Shown one piece after another: positions 1-8,461 of a stretch of DNA of 30,146 bases (its first letter is position 1; every line of letters starts with the position of its first letter). The stretch is from contig JBNJGH010000037.1 of NCBI GenBank assembly GCA_051747585.1, positions 1 to 30,146 of the forward strand. Reading direction: 5' to 3'. Source of the stretch: Candidatus Rifleibacteriota bacterium. GTDB taxonomy: Bacteria; Muiribacteriota; Ozemobacteria; Ozemobacterales; Ozemobacteraceae. The notes below the pieces were generated by a model. That model was not told the DNA's origin. It ran no database searches and saw only the letters and a list, made by a program, of their open reading frames with translations. Position numbers and translations under genes: made by a program.

Positions 1-488
1 CAAAAAACTATGTAAAAAAAGTTAAGCATTATTACGGTCATTATGCTTCGTTAGCTGGAAGTAATAACAAAAAAATTGTCATGAAGAAGCAGAGGGTGGT
101 GCCGGTTTTAAATTCAGATTTGTCTAAACGCCTTTCTGAGGCTTATACATCGTTTGGCCAAAAAGATTTTGAAGGAGCAATGGAAAAGTATCGTGATATT
201 TTAGCAATTTATCCCAGCAATACTCAGGCTCTATACAATCTAGCCTGTCTGTTGGATATGGATCAATGCTATGATGAAGCCATAGAAATTTATAATGCAG
301 CTTTAAAACAGGATCCTTATCTGGATAAGGCTCTTTATAACCTTGCTGTTATTTACGAACGATTTGGCATGACAGATAAAGCTATTAAAAATTGGAACAA
401 ATATATAAAGATAGTCAAGGATGAAGAAAAAATTCTAATGGCAGAGCGATTTATTGCAGAGCTCAAAGAATATGCCAGTTTGAAATGA
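1..488 (+). CDS. 3' part of a probable SLT-type lytic transglycosylase with a C-terminal TPR domain (5'-truncated by the window edge)
   Basis: The frame of ORF 81..488 is open back to base 3 and reads KNYVKKVKHYYGHYASL..., preceded by a partial codon 'ca' compatible with Thr. This matches the ET(R/K)NYVKKV end-motif of SLT domains. Downstream are TPR repeats (ALYNLA twice, YDEAIEIYNAAL). Confidence 0.7.
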   Translation, partial: KNYVKKVKHYYGHYASLAGSNNKKIVMKKQRVVPVLNSDLSKRLSEAYTSFGQKDFEGAMEKYRDILAIYPSNTQALYNLACLLDMDQCYDEAIEIYNAALKQDPYLDKALYNLAVIYERFGMTDKAIKNWNKYIKIVKDEEKILMAERFIAELKEYASLK

Positions 489-877
489 GGATATCAATGC
501 AGGAGAAACAATCGGCTTCTATCTTTGAGAAACTTTTGTATCTGGGAATTGCAACTTTCTTTCTCTGGCCTTTTGTCCAGTTGTGGTCAATCAAAGCTAT
601 TCCAATGGTTGATTCAGACGTCCATCTCAGGGCTTCAGTAGCACTCCAGAATGTTATGGAAGAATATCTGAGTGGTAAATTCGAAAAAATCAGTCCTGAT
701 CGTTCATTTTCTGCCATAGAAGGCTATGAAGACATCGGTTTGCAGGGAAAGGTAGTCTCTTACCCTCATCCGGATTTTAGAGGTATGATTCTGACCAGAG
801 CTCAGGTGCGTTGGGGCTGGTTTCCGTTTTCCAAAACTTTATCCCTGGAACATTTAAGAATGAGAAATAAACCATGA
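485..877 (+). CDS. Pilin/pseudopilin-like membrane protein (PilV/GspI-like position)
   Basis: N-terminal KQS-ASIFEKLLYLGIATFFLW hydrophobic helix with Glu at a +5-like position. ATGA overlaps with the neighbouring genes. Confidence 0.5.
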   Translation: MRISMQEKQSASIFEKLLYLGIATFFLWPFVQLWSIKAIPMVDSDVHLRASVALQNVMEEYLSGKFEKISPDRSFSAIEGYEDIGLQGKVVSYPHPDFRGMILTRAQVRWGWFPFSKTLSLEHLRMRNKP

Positions 878-1383
878 ATAAAAAAGGTATGCCCATTTGG
901 CAAATAGTATTGTTGACAATTTTTCTGGCAATAGCAGTAGGCTCGTCTTTGTTTTTCTTTTTGCTCAACTCGGAAGATGCAAGAAAAGCAAGAACCGAAT
1001 TTGCCTGGATTGAAAGCATAAATGAAACCCTCGATAAGATTTGCCTTGAAATAGCCAATGCTGCGGTAATAGAATACCCATTTTCCGGAGAAACTGAAGA
1101 ATGCTTTTTTAGACCAGCAATGAATTCGGGCCATCTTTTACCGACAACTGTTAAAGAAGGGTTTTCTTTCAGTAATAACAGCTTTGTATATATAAAAGGT
1201 TCTGGGACAAGACAGGTTACAAGCCCCCAGAAGTTTTCCAACCCCCTGATAAACGATTGCAAGGGGGGGAAATTTATAAGAAAAAGCTCTGATTGTCTGG
1301 AAATCAAATTCAGGGCGGCGGCACCTGATAATTCCGGGCTAACCAGAACCTTTCGCCGCAAAATTTTTCTGAGGAATCTATGA
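874..1383 (+). CDS. Pilin/pseudopilin-like protein (PilW/GspJ-like position)
   Basis: MNKKG|MPIWQIVLLTIFLAIAVG resembles a class III signal peptide (basic leader, Gly -1, hydrophobic helix). The C-terminal beta-strand ends in ...RKIFLRN. Confidence 0.6.
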   Translation: MNKKGMPIWQIVLLTIFLAIAVGSSLFFFLLNSEDARKARTEFAWIESINETLDKICLEIANAAVIEYPFSGETEECFFRPAMNSGHLLPTTVKEGFSFSNNSFVYIKGSGTRQVTSPQKFSNPLINDCKGGKFIRKSSDCLEIKFRAAAPDNSGLTRTFRRKIFLRNL

Positions 1384-3140
1384 AAAAAATATCTGTAGAA
1401 AAAAATACCGCTATACCTATAATAGTAATGGTTTGCTTTACCTTCTTGCTGCTTTTGGCACTTGTTTTAAGAGTTTATCAAGCTGATCGAGATCTTGGTC
1501 TGATCAATGTGGCAAAAAAACAGGCCAGACTCGCATCTGAGGCTGGGGTTCATTATGCAGCAAAGCAGATGTATGAGTTGATCAACCAGAACTCGCAGGT
1601 TAGTTACTTAAATGATTTTTCTGCAGATTATTTTATTAATAGTTTGAAATTTGATAAATGGATTAATTTTGGACAAAAATCAAATGCTTTTTTTCGTATA
1701 ATTAGAATTAGAGAGGTTTCGGCATCAGATAAACCCGAAACCCCACTTAAAAACGAAGAGCTTCGATTTCAGGTTGTGTGCGAAGGAAAAAGCGGCGGAA
1801 ATCAGTATTCAACTGTAGCTTTAATTCAATTTTATGATCTGGCAGCTACTTTCTGTGTCTTTTCAAGTCTCAATGAATATTATTATGGAAATCCAATTCA
1901 GCCCTGGGTGCAGAACTCAGGTTCATTGAGCCGGTTTGTTAAAGCAAATAACAAAATTTTTGAAAGTGGCAAAATCGATAAATTTGGTGTTTGTCATGAT
2001 CCTCAATTATTGTATAGCTTGTTTAAACCAAGCGGAACAGACGTTTTCAACCCTGTAGCCGGGGGCAAAAAACTTGCAGGCAACTATGGAACAATATGGC
2101 GCAAAAGTGGTGATTCACCGGCTAAAGGTCCGATTTACTGCAGTAAACCCATAGTTGTTGATTCGCATAAGTTTTATGGCCCAATCCAGACTGCTCTTTA
2201 TCTTTATCGCAGAGAAAATTCACAACCTGGAATCGTTAGAGGTAACTCGTTAGTTGCATTGAATTCGAGTTCAAGAGTGCAAAAGGCAGCTGACAGACTA
2301 GAAGGTAAAAATTCGTCACATTTACTGGTAGACCAGGATACATCGCTTTATCGCTCATATATTCCCGAATGGCGTCCAGATTTTAATTTTCTTAAAAAAC
2401 TTGCCCGGGATCGTGGTATTTATATCGATAAGCAGGGGCAGGGATTTCAAAAGGGCAAGAAAATCGATCTAGATTTCCATCCCGGCGAAGAAATGATTTA
2501 CTCAGACAGCTATTTAACTGCTAATTCCGACGGCTATGTTCAAGACCAGTTCAATAACAAATATATTGTCCTTTCTACTGAAACTAAATTTGATGGTTTT
2601 AATAATCTAAGCAATAAAAATTTAAAAGGTGCTCAGGTTATTTATTCAGAAAGATCTATTTATCTCCGAGGAGAAATTGGCTCTGATCTGGTAGTTGTGA
2701 CACCCAAACACATCTTTTTGACCGGTCCGACCAATATAGATTCAAATTTACGTTTATTTCTGATTGCTGGAGCTGGAACCGCTGCTTCGACCGTAGATCT
2801 TGAAAGCTATATCAATGAAAACAATCCTGATTCGGAATTTATAGATGCTGCAAGAGAATGGTTGGTAAATGCCCTGGTTTACAAGCCCGGTGCAGGCGTA
2901 TATACTTCAAAGTCAAGACAGCAAAAAGGCTCTCCTGTAAATTTTCGTAATCTATTTGCCGGCAGAAGTCTTAGAGTACATATAAATGGCGGATGCATCG
3001 GTGGAGATCTGAAACGATGGCAGGATAATTTTGAACCCGATGGATTGGAAATCTCCTGGAATAAAAGAATGGCGGAGGGATTACCGGTTAAACCATTCTC
3101 GCTTAATATTCTCAGAATGAGAACCTTACCTGAAGGCTGA
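1380..3140 (+). CDS. PilX/GspK-like large minor pilin
   Basis: N-terminal hydrophobic helix without E5, followed by QARLASEAGVHYA (PilX N-terminal A..AAEAG pattern). Large C-terminal domain; translationally coupled. Confidence 0.6.
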   Translation: MKKISVEKNTAIPIIVMVCFTFLLLLALVLRVYQADRDLGLINVAKKQARLASEAGVHYAAKQMYELINQNSQVSYLNDFSADYFINSLKFDKWINFGQKSNAFFRIIRIREVSASDKPETPLKNEELRFQVVCEGKSGGNQYSTVALIQFYDLAATFCVFSSLNEYYYGNPIQPWVQNSGSLSRFVKANNKIFESGKIDKFGVCHDPQLLYSLFKPSGTDVFNPVAGGKKLAGNYGTIWRKSGDSPAKGPIYCSKPIVVDSHKFYGPIQTALYLYRRENSQPGIVRGNSLVALNSSSRVQKAADRLEGKNSSHLLVDQDTSLYRSYIPEWRPDFNFLKKLARDRGIYIDKQGQGFQKGKKIDLDFHPGEEMIYSDSYLTANSDGYVQDQFNNKYIVLSTETKFDGFNNLSNKNLKGAQVIYSERSIYLRGEIGSDLVVVTPKHIFLTGPTNIDSNLRLFLIAGAGTAASTVDLESYINENNPDSEFIDAAREWLVNALVYKPGAGVYTSKSRQQKGSPVNFRNLFAGRSLRVHINGGCIGGDLKRWQDNFEPDGLEISWNKRMAEGLPVKPFSLNILRMRTLPEG

Positions 3141-3154
3141 AAAATCACCTTATA

Positions 3155-3165
3155 TGTGTTAAAAT
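3155..3165 (+). promoter_or_regulatory. Extended -10 promoter for yggS-yggT
   Basis: TGTGT-TAAAAT about 25 nt upstream of the TTG start. SD-like AAGGTG precedes the start. Confidence 0.45.
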
Positions 3166-3190
3166 AACTAAAAAATCAGAAGGTGATAAT

Positions 3191-3883
3191 TTGAGTCTTG
3201 ATCGCAATTTAAAAGAAGTTCTTGAAGCTGTAAGAAATGCCGAAAAACGCTCTGCCCGACCTGCAAACTCTGTTAAGCTGGTAGCGGTTTCTAAAAAGGT
3301 AGATGCCCCGGTTATACGCCAGATGCACGAAGCGGGGCAGCAGGTTTTTGCTGAAAGCAGGCCTCAGTCTCTTAGAGATAAAGTAAAGCTACTTTCAGAT
3401 ACCGACATAATCTGGCACTTTATAGGTCCTCTGCAAAGCAACAAGATTAAATATGTCTATCCTGCGGCTCAGCTGGTTCATTCTATTGATCGAGAAGATC
3501 TTTTGTTGCAGTTCGTTAAATGGAGCAAAAAGACCGGGAAAGTATGCCCGATTCTGCTTGAAGTTAATATCTCCGGCGAAGATGCCAAGCATGGTTTTTC
3601 CCCCGATGAAATACTGAATGTTATAGATGAATATAAAAATAATGAAGATCTGAATATGGTCGGGCTTATGGGCATGGCTCCCTTTGTAGATGACCAGCAA
3701 ATCATAAGAAAAAGCTTCAGATTGCTTGCTGATTTATTCAAGCAGAGCAAAGAGCACGAAGGCCCTTCATACCATGCCCGCGAACTTTCCATAGGTATGT
3801 CGAATGATTTTGAAATTGCAATAGAAGAGGGAGCAACCCTCGTAAGAGTTGGCACTTCGCTCTTTGCCGAGTTTCAAAAATGA
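3191..3883 (+). CDS. yggS: PLP homeostasis protein, YggS/PROSC family
   Basis: LVAVSK (PLP lysine), WHFIGPLQSNK, GLMGM, LSIGMSNDFEIAIEEGATLVRVGT motifs. Confidence 0.97.
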   Translation: MSLDRNLKEVLEAVRNAEKRSARPANSVKLVAVSKKVDAPVIRQMHEAGQQVFAESRPQSLRDKVKLLSDTDIIWHFIGPLQSNKIKYVYPAAQLVHSIDREDLLLQFVKWSKKTGKVCPILLEVNISGEDAKHGFSPDEILNVIDEYKNNEDLNMVGLMGMAPFVDDQQIIRKSFRLLADLFKQSKEHEGPSYHARELSIGMSNDFEIAIEEGATLVRVGTSLFAEFQK

Positions 3884-4146
3884 TAGTTTTAATTATCAAT
3901 CTTATTAGATTGCTTCAGCTGGTAATTTTTGTCAGAGTTCTATTGACCTGGATTATGCCCGGCCGATTGCCCGAACCTTTGCAAAAAATTGCTGACCCGA
4001 TTGACAGGCTTTTAAAAGTTTTTCAGGTGCTGATACCGGTTGGACCTGGATTTATTGATATCGGGCCCATGCTTTGTCTGCTTTTGCTCGAGGTGATTCA
4101 AAGGGTTTTAATTAGTGCATTTTACAGCGGCGCAGCGCTCTTTTAG
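3880..4146 (+). CDS. yggT: YggT family membrane protein
   Basis: 88-aa hydrophobic protein with the RVLLTW...DP..L...IDIGP pattern, coupled to yggS. Confidence 0.9.
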   Translation: MIVLIINLIRLLQLVIFVRVLLTWIMPGRLPEPLQKIADPIDRLLKVFQVLIPVGPGFIDIGPMLCLLLLEVIQRVLISAFYSGAALF

Positions 4147-4159
4147 CTTTTCTTTCCGG

Positions 4160-5464
4160 TTAATTTTCCCAGGGTATATAGCCTATTATCTCAAGGCAGG
4201 CTTCAGATACCGAAAAACCCAGAGAAAGTTTCGTTAGAATAGCCGAAATCGATGACCAGCCGCCTTCTTTTATTATTCTTAGGGTAAGATTGTGGGCTTG
4301 ATTATAAATGTTTCTTACCTGACTTCTATTTTTGCTTTTCCTTATGCTTTTATTGAATTCTTTCAGATTTTTATTGAGTTTCTGGTCTTTTTTTTCTAAA
4401 TCTGCCGGTGTTGAGTTAAATTCTAAAATTTGAGCCAATCCCTCATTGAGCCAGGCAGGGCAATTACCTGATGCCAGCAGAAATACCACATGATGGGTAT
4501 ACTCATGTCTGACCGCTTTTGCCACAGCTTTTTCGTCAAGGCTGGCTTTATAGACCGGTATTCTTATTTTGCCGTCATACACTCCTCCGGCCCAGTCCGG
4601 CAAATCATGAACTCTTTTGAAATCACTGGTTTGCAAAACCAGAACCTGGGCTCGTTGCAAAGGGTAAAAATTCAGCATTTCTCCGATTTTGTCATAGCTT
4701 TTTTCAAGAATCTGTAGAATTTTTTCGGCTGTTTCTTCAGAAAATTCAGAATTGCAGGTTAAAGAAAAATGAATGCTGTTATATTTTTTGGAATTTTTTA
4801 TAATTTCATTTTCCCTGTTTATCTGTTTTAAAAAAGATTTAAGCTTTGGCGCAGGATCCGGGGATAGAGTGACAGCTCGCGAGATAAGATAACCGGCTTC
4901 TTTAAGGGAGCCATTTTTGTAATGAATTTTACCAAGAGCTGCCAAAACCTCATAATTGTCAGGCCGTTTATCTAACAGTTCTTCAAGCAGTGTTTGGGCT
5001 TCCAGAGAATTTTCGGTATTTTGCAGCGCGGCGGCAACTTTTAATATTGTAGCAGTATCGGTTGGTCTTAGATTTACGATTTCTTTTGCTTCTCGCATCA
5101 CTCTGGAGGCATTCTTCAGGGTAACCAGGGTCGATAACAGGTTAAGTCTGATATCGAGGCTTTCCGGTTTTTGAGCTTTTGCGGCTTCAAAGTGTCTTAT
5201 TGCATCTTTATAATGCCTTTTTTTTGCAAGTATAACCCCGACGTTATTATGAGCGCAGGCCAGATTGGTAAGGGCGGAATTGTTAAAAGGATCAAGTTGG
5301 CAAGCTTGTTCAAAGGCTCTTATCGCGCTTTGGTAGTTGCCATCTTTGGCAAGTGAAAGACCTTTGCGATTTAAAATAAAAGCTTCCTCGTTAGTTGAGG
5401 CCCAGGTTGGGCTCAACAAATAAATAACTGTAATTAATGCTGTGATTAAGTGATTTAACTTCAT
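4160..5464 (-). CDS. Secreted TPR protein with a C-terminal peptidase MA-like (gluzincin) domain
   Basis: Signal peptide, several TPRs, HEYTH zinc motif followed by PAWLNEGLA. Confidence 0.85.
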   Translation of the reverse strand: MKLNHLITALITVIYLLSPTWASTNEEAFILNRKGLSLAKDGNYQSAIRAFEQACQLDPFNNSALTNLACAHNNVGVILAKKRHYKDAIRHFEAAKAQKPESLDIRLNLLSTLVTLKNASRVMREAKEIVNLRPTDTATILKVAAALQNTENSLEAQTLLEELLDKRPDNYEVLAALGKIHYKNGSLKEAGYLISRAVTLSPDPAPKLKSFLKQINRENEIIKNSKKYNSIHFSLTCNSEFSEETAEKILQILEKSYDKIGEMLNFYPLQRAQVLVLQTSDFKRVHDLPDWAGGVYDGKIRIPVYKASLDEKAVAKAVRHEYTHHVVFLLASGNCPAWLNEGLAQILEFNSTPADLEKKDQKLNKNLKEFNKSIRKSKNRSQVRNIYNQAHNLTLRIIKEGGWSSISAILTKLSLGFSVSEACLEIIGYIPWEN

Positions 5465-5814
5465 ATTTTTAAATCAATTTTATATCCTCGGGCGCCATCA
5501 GGCAGTTTAGGATGTTTTTTCGGTGCCTGACTTTCACTGGCTTTCTTTTTTTCTTCTTCTGCTTTTTCTTTACGTCTTTTTTGCTGTTGTTCTCTTTTGG
5601 CGTCTTTTTCTTCTTCTTCGTCATCTTTACGTATGACTTTATCTTCGGCTGCTTCGGTTTTTTGAACCGATTCAGCCTCATGTTCTTTGTGGTCCTTATG
5701 TTGCTGAACATTCTCGGCCAGCCCGGCTTCGTTAGCTTTGTGAACTTCTCGAATTTGACTGGCGCTATTGTTGGCCATAAGAGCTGTTTTTAAGTCAATA
5801 GGTTTAACAGACAT
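5461..5814 (-). CDS. Charged hypothetical protein (PIDL...G..IDLKI type)
   Basis: More likely start is ATG 5814 (MSVKPIDLK), with SD GAGGGAG upstream. The stop overlaps the start of the TPR-peptidase gene. Confidence 0.7.
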   Translation of the reverse strand: MSVKPIDLKTALMANNSASQIREVHKANEAGLAENVQQHKDHKEHEAESVQKTEAAEDKVIRKDDEEEEKDAKREQQQKRRKEKAEEEKKKASESQAPKKHPKLPDGARGYKIDLKI

Positions 5815-5832
5815 AATACTCCCTCTACCTAT

Positions 5833-5843
5833 ATTATAACACA
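5833..5843 (-). promoter_or_regulatory. Extended -10 promoter
   Basis: Minus strand reads TGTGT-TATAAT, 18 nt upstream of ATG 5814. Confidence 0.55.
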
Positions 5844-5885
5844 AAGGGAATTATGCCAGAAAAATCTGCAATTCTTGGTCAGCAC

Positions 5886-5950
5886 CTATCAACTAGTTTC
5901 AGAAAAAAAAATTGCCTCACACCAAGCCTCAAAGCCTCAAAGCCACAAAG
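5886..5950. repeat. Dispersed repeat, copy 1 (CAC.AAG.CTCAAAGCCACAAAG type)
   Basis: ctatcaactagtttcagaaaa...ctcacaccaagcctcaaagcctcaaagccacaaag aligns with 30009-30064. Confidence 0.8.
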
Positions 5951-5955
5951 AAAGT

Positions 5956-6165
5956 AACCACAGAGCGCACAGAGAACACAGAGAATTTTTTTCAGCCATT
6001 GTTTCCTTCTTCAGCAAGCCTTCAGAAAAGCACTCGTGTTTTTCTGAAGGCTTGCTGAAGAAGGAAAAGCCGGGCGGTGAAACCGCCGGCTATTTGTCCA
6101 CAGGACAAATCCTGGCTGAAAAAGATTAAAAAATCAACTCTGTGCCCTCGGTGGCCTCAGTGGTT
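5956..6165. mobile_element. Nested REP/MITE-like palindromic element
   Basis: Outer imperfect IR aaccacagagcgcacagagaacacagag / ctctgtgccctcggtggcctcagtggtt. Inner IR tttttcagcca (5988-5998) / tggctgaaaaa (6113-6123) encloses three hairpins, one with perfect 28-bp arms (6002-6067). Confidence 0.65.
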
Positions 6166-6199
6166 TAAATTCTATATTTGACAGATGGAAATCAGATAC

Positions 6200-6233
6200 A
6201 AAGAAAAACTACCGGCGTGAAGCCGGTAGTTTT
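6200..6233 (-). terminator. Intrinsic terminator
   Basis: Stem aaaactaccggc / gccggtagtttt with a 5-nt loop. The minus-strand tail is TTTTTCTTT. Confidence 0.85.
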
Positions 6234-6625
6234 ATGCCTGAAATGTTTATATAAAGCTGTAAATTGTTTTTTTATTGTTGGAGTTACTGCATTCTATGAC
6301 TCAGAAGAAGCTACTACACTTTGTCTGAAAGCTGCGACCAGTATCATGAATCTTATCCAGATTTTTGCTATATTAAATGCTATAATCATTTTGCTGCCTT
6401 TCTGTGAGGTTCAATATGATTGTTGTTTATCTTTTGCTGTAAAAATTCATTGATTAAAAGATGACGTTTTTAGTTACAAAGCTTTGAAAATACTTTGATT
6501 AATTCTGCTGATTTTGTGCTTCAATGTCTTAACAGGCTTAATATGGTAGAGAGAAAGCTGAGAGACTATCTATTGCTTTGTCAGAACCCTTAGTTTGATA
6601 GAACCAGGCCTTTTTTTACTTACAC
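6200..6625 (-). ncRNA. Candidate sigma54-dependent sRNA 1 (about 425 nt)
   Basis: Bounded by a -24/-12 promoter and a terminator, with no long ORF on this strand. Contains repeated AGCA/AGCT motifs, AANAANAA motifs and several local stems. Confidence 0.6.
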
Positions 6626-6635
6626 TTATTATACA

Positions 6636-6652
6636 TGCAATTAGGATGCCAA
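6636..6652 (-). promoter_or_regulatory. Sigma54 -24/-12 promoter
   Basis: Minus strand TTGGCATCCTAATTGCA versus consensus TTGGCACG-N4-TTGCW, with exact GG-N10-GC spacing. Confidence 0.8.
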
Positions 6653-6708
6653 GGTTTGTGACGGGCTTAAATAGAGGAAAACAGGGGAGCAGCTCTGAAT
6701 CGTTCCTA

Positions 6709-8190
6709 TTATTTTGGGCGCTTTATGCCCAGTTTGTTCATTTTAGACTCAAGAGTCGTCGGCTTTAAATCGAGTAATTCAGCGGCTCCACCTGATCCGC
6801 GAACTTTCCAGTTGCATTTTTCCAACATTGAAAGGATGTGTGCTTTTTCCACAGCTTTTAAGCTTTGGGGTGTAATTTGTTTAACACCAGGGGTTTTAGA
6901 AGTGTGAAAATTTGACGTTTCAGGAATTTCAAGCACTAATGTGTTGGAATCACACATAATCATAGCCCGTTCGATGTGGTTTTTTAACTCGCGAATGTTG
7001 CCGGGCCAGTTATATTGATGCATAAGAGCCAGAGAGACTTCGCTCAACCGGGGAGCTGGTTTACCCATTTTTTCAGAAAACAGCTTTATGTAAGCTTCTG
7101 CAATTAGCTTTAAATCATTACCACGATCTCTTAACCGAGGAAGCTGAATTGGGAAAACATTAAGACGGTAATAAAGGTCCTGGCGAAAATTCTGCTTTTT
7201 TACTTCGGCAGCGAGGTCCCGGTTAGTTGCAGCAATTACCCGAACATCGACATCGATTTGTGAGGTTGAGCCTATTCTTTCGAATTGATTTTCCTGTAAT
7301 ACTCTCAGGAGTTTGCTTTGTAATTCAAGAGGTAATTCGCCAATTTCATCGAGAAAAATACTTCCCTTATCTGCCAGTTCAAATTTACCAATTTTGCGAT
7401 TGATTGCGCCGGTAAAAGCTCCCTTTTCGTGGCCAAAAAGTTCACTTTCGATGAGGTTGGCCGGGAGTGCCGCACAATTGACCGTTATAAGGGGCATTTC
7501 TTTTCTTTGACTGCTTTTGTGCACAGCTCTTGCTATAAGCTCCTTGCCTGTGCCTGTTTCACCATTTATAAGAACGATTGAGTCTGTGGGCGCAACCTGT
7601 ATTACCAGCTTCATGACTTCCTGCATAGCCGGACACTCTCCTATAATGTCAGGCTCTTCGGTACTTCGTGCAATTTCTGATTTTAGCGAAACATTTTCCT
7701 GTTCGAGCTTTTTTTGCAGATTTAAAATTTTGTCGTATGCGTTTTTAAGTTTTATTTGAGCTGTTCTTAGCTCACTTATGTCATGAATAATTAAATTTAT
7801 GCGATCAATTTCGTTTTCTTCATCTAAAATTGGGTAGGCATTAACATCCCAGTAATTTGCTCTGTAGTTGTAATTGAAGCTGATTTCTTTTTCTTCCACA
7901 GAGGTTTTTGTAATAATTACATTGTTTATGATTGCGCCCAGATCTTGAGCCGCCTGGGGAAGAAGCTCAGAAATGCTTTTTTCCAGACAGCTTTCTTCAT
8001 CGAGAACCAAAAACTCGACAAATTTATGGTTAAGTCTGATAACCTTTTGCTGAGGGTCTACTGCAAGCATGATAACAGGTGCGGAATTGTAAATCTGTTG
8101 CAAAAACCCGAGGGCTTCGCAGGCATGACCGCAGGGCACCAGTTCGTGGGTGCCGGGTAGAAAATTTCCTGTCTGTTTTACTTTATTCAT
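6709..8190 (-). CDS. Sigma54 enhancer-binding protein (PAS + coiled coil + AAA+ + Fis-type HTH)
   Basis: GETGTGKE Walker [34 protein letters not shown]-terminal [21 protein letters not shown]-terminal PAS-like segment. Confidence 0.96.
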   Translation of the reverse strand: MNKVKQTGNFLPGTHELVPCGHACEALGFLQQIYNSAPVIMLAVDPQQKVIRLNHKFVEFLVLDEESCLEKSISELLPQAAQDLGAIINNVIITKTSVEEKEISFNYNYRANYWDVNAYPILDEENEIDRINLIIHDISELRTAQIKLKNAYDKILNLQKKLEQENVSLKSEIARSTEEPDIIGECPAMQEVMKLVIQVAPTDSIVLINGETGTGKELIARAVHKSSQRKEMPLITVNCAALPANLIESELFGHEKGAFTGAINRKIGKFELADKGSIFLDEIGELPLELQSKLLRVLQENQFERIGSTSQIDVDVRVIAATNRDLAAEVKKQNFRQDLYYRLNVFPIQLPRLRDRGNDLKLIAEAYIKLFSEKMGKPAPRLSEVSLALMHQYNWPGNIRELKNHIERAMIMCDSNTLVLEIPETSNFHTSKTPGVKQITPQSLKAVEKAHILSMLEKCNWKVRGSGGAAELLDLKPTTLESKMNKLGIKRPK

Positions 8191-8243
8191 ATAAATTCAA
8201 AATTTAAAATTTTAATTTCGCTTATATTGTGAATTTAAAAGAA

Positions 8244-8274
8244 AAAAATTGCAACAGTTTCTATTGCAATTTTT
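8244..8274. promoter_or_regulatory. Palindromic operator-like site
   Basis: AAAAATTGCAACAG-ttt-CTATTGCAATTTTT, 13/14 matching arms, between divergent genes. Confidence 0.5.
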
Positions 8275-8461
8275 GCGCATTGATTATTATTTTTCTGCAA
8301 AAAATAGTATACCTGCCCCGGAGATCTCGGTGGATTGTTTAGCTTTTTTATCGGAAATTATTGCTTTATGGATTGTCTAAATTTATAAAAGTATTGAAAA
8401 TTGATTCAGAAAAGGTTAATTTCTTTTTTGCTTTATAAAATACAGGAGGCTTAATGCAGCA

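Noticed and set aside
5875..6129. 84-aa ORF on the plus strand
   Set aside because: It is a translation of repeat and palindrome sequence (HRAHREHRE), with no SD.
6178..6453. 91-aa ORF on the plus strand
   Set aside because: It runs through a terminator hairpin, has no SD and is antisense to the sigma54 unit.
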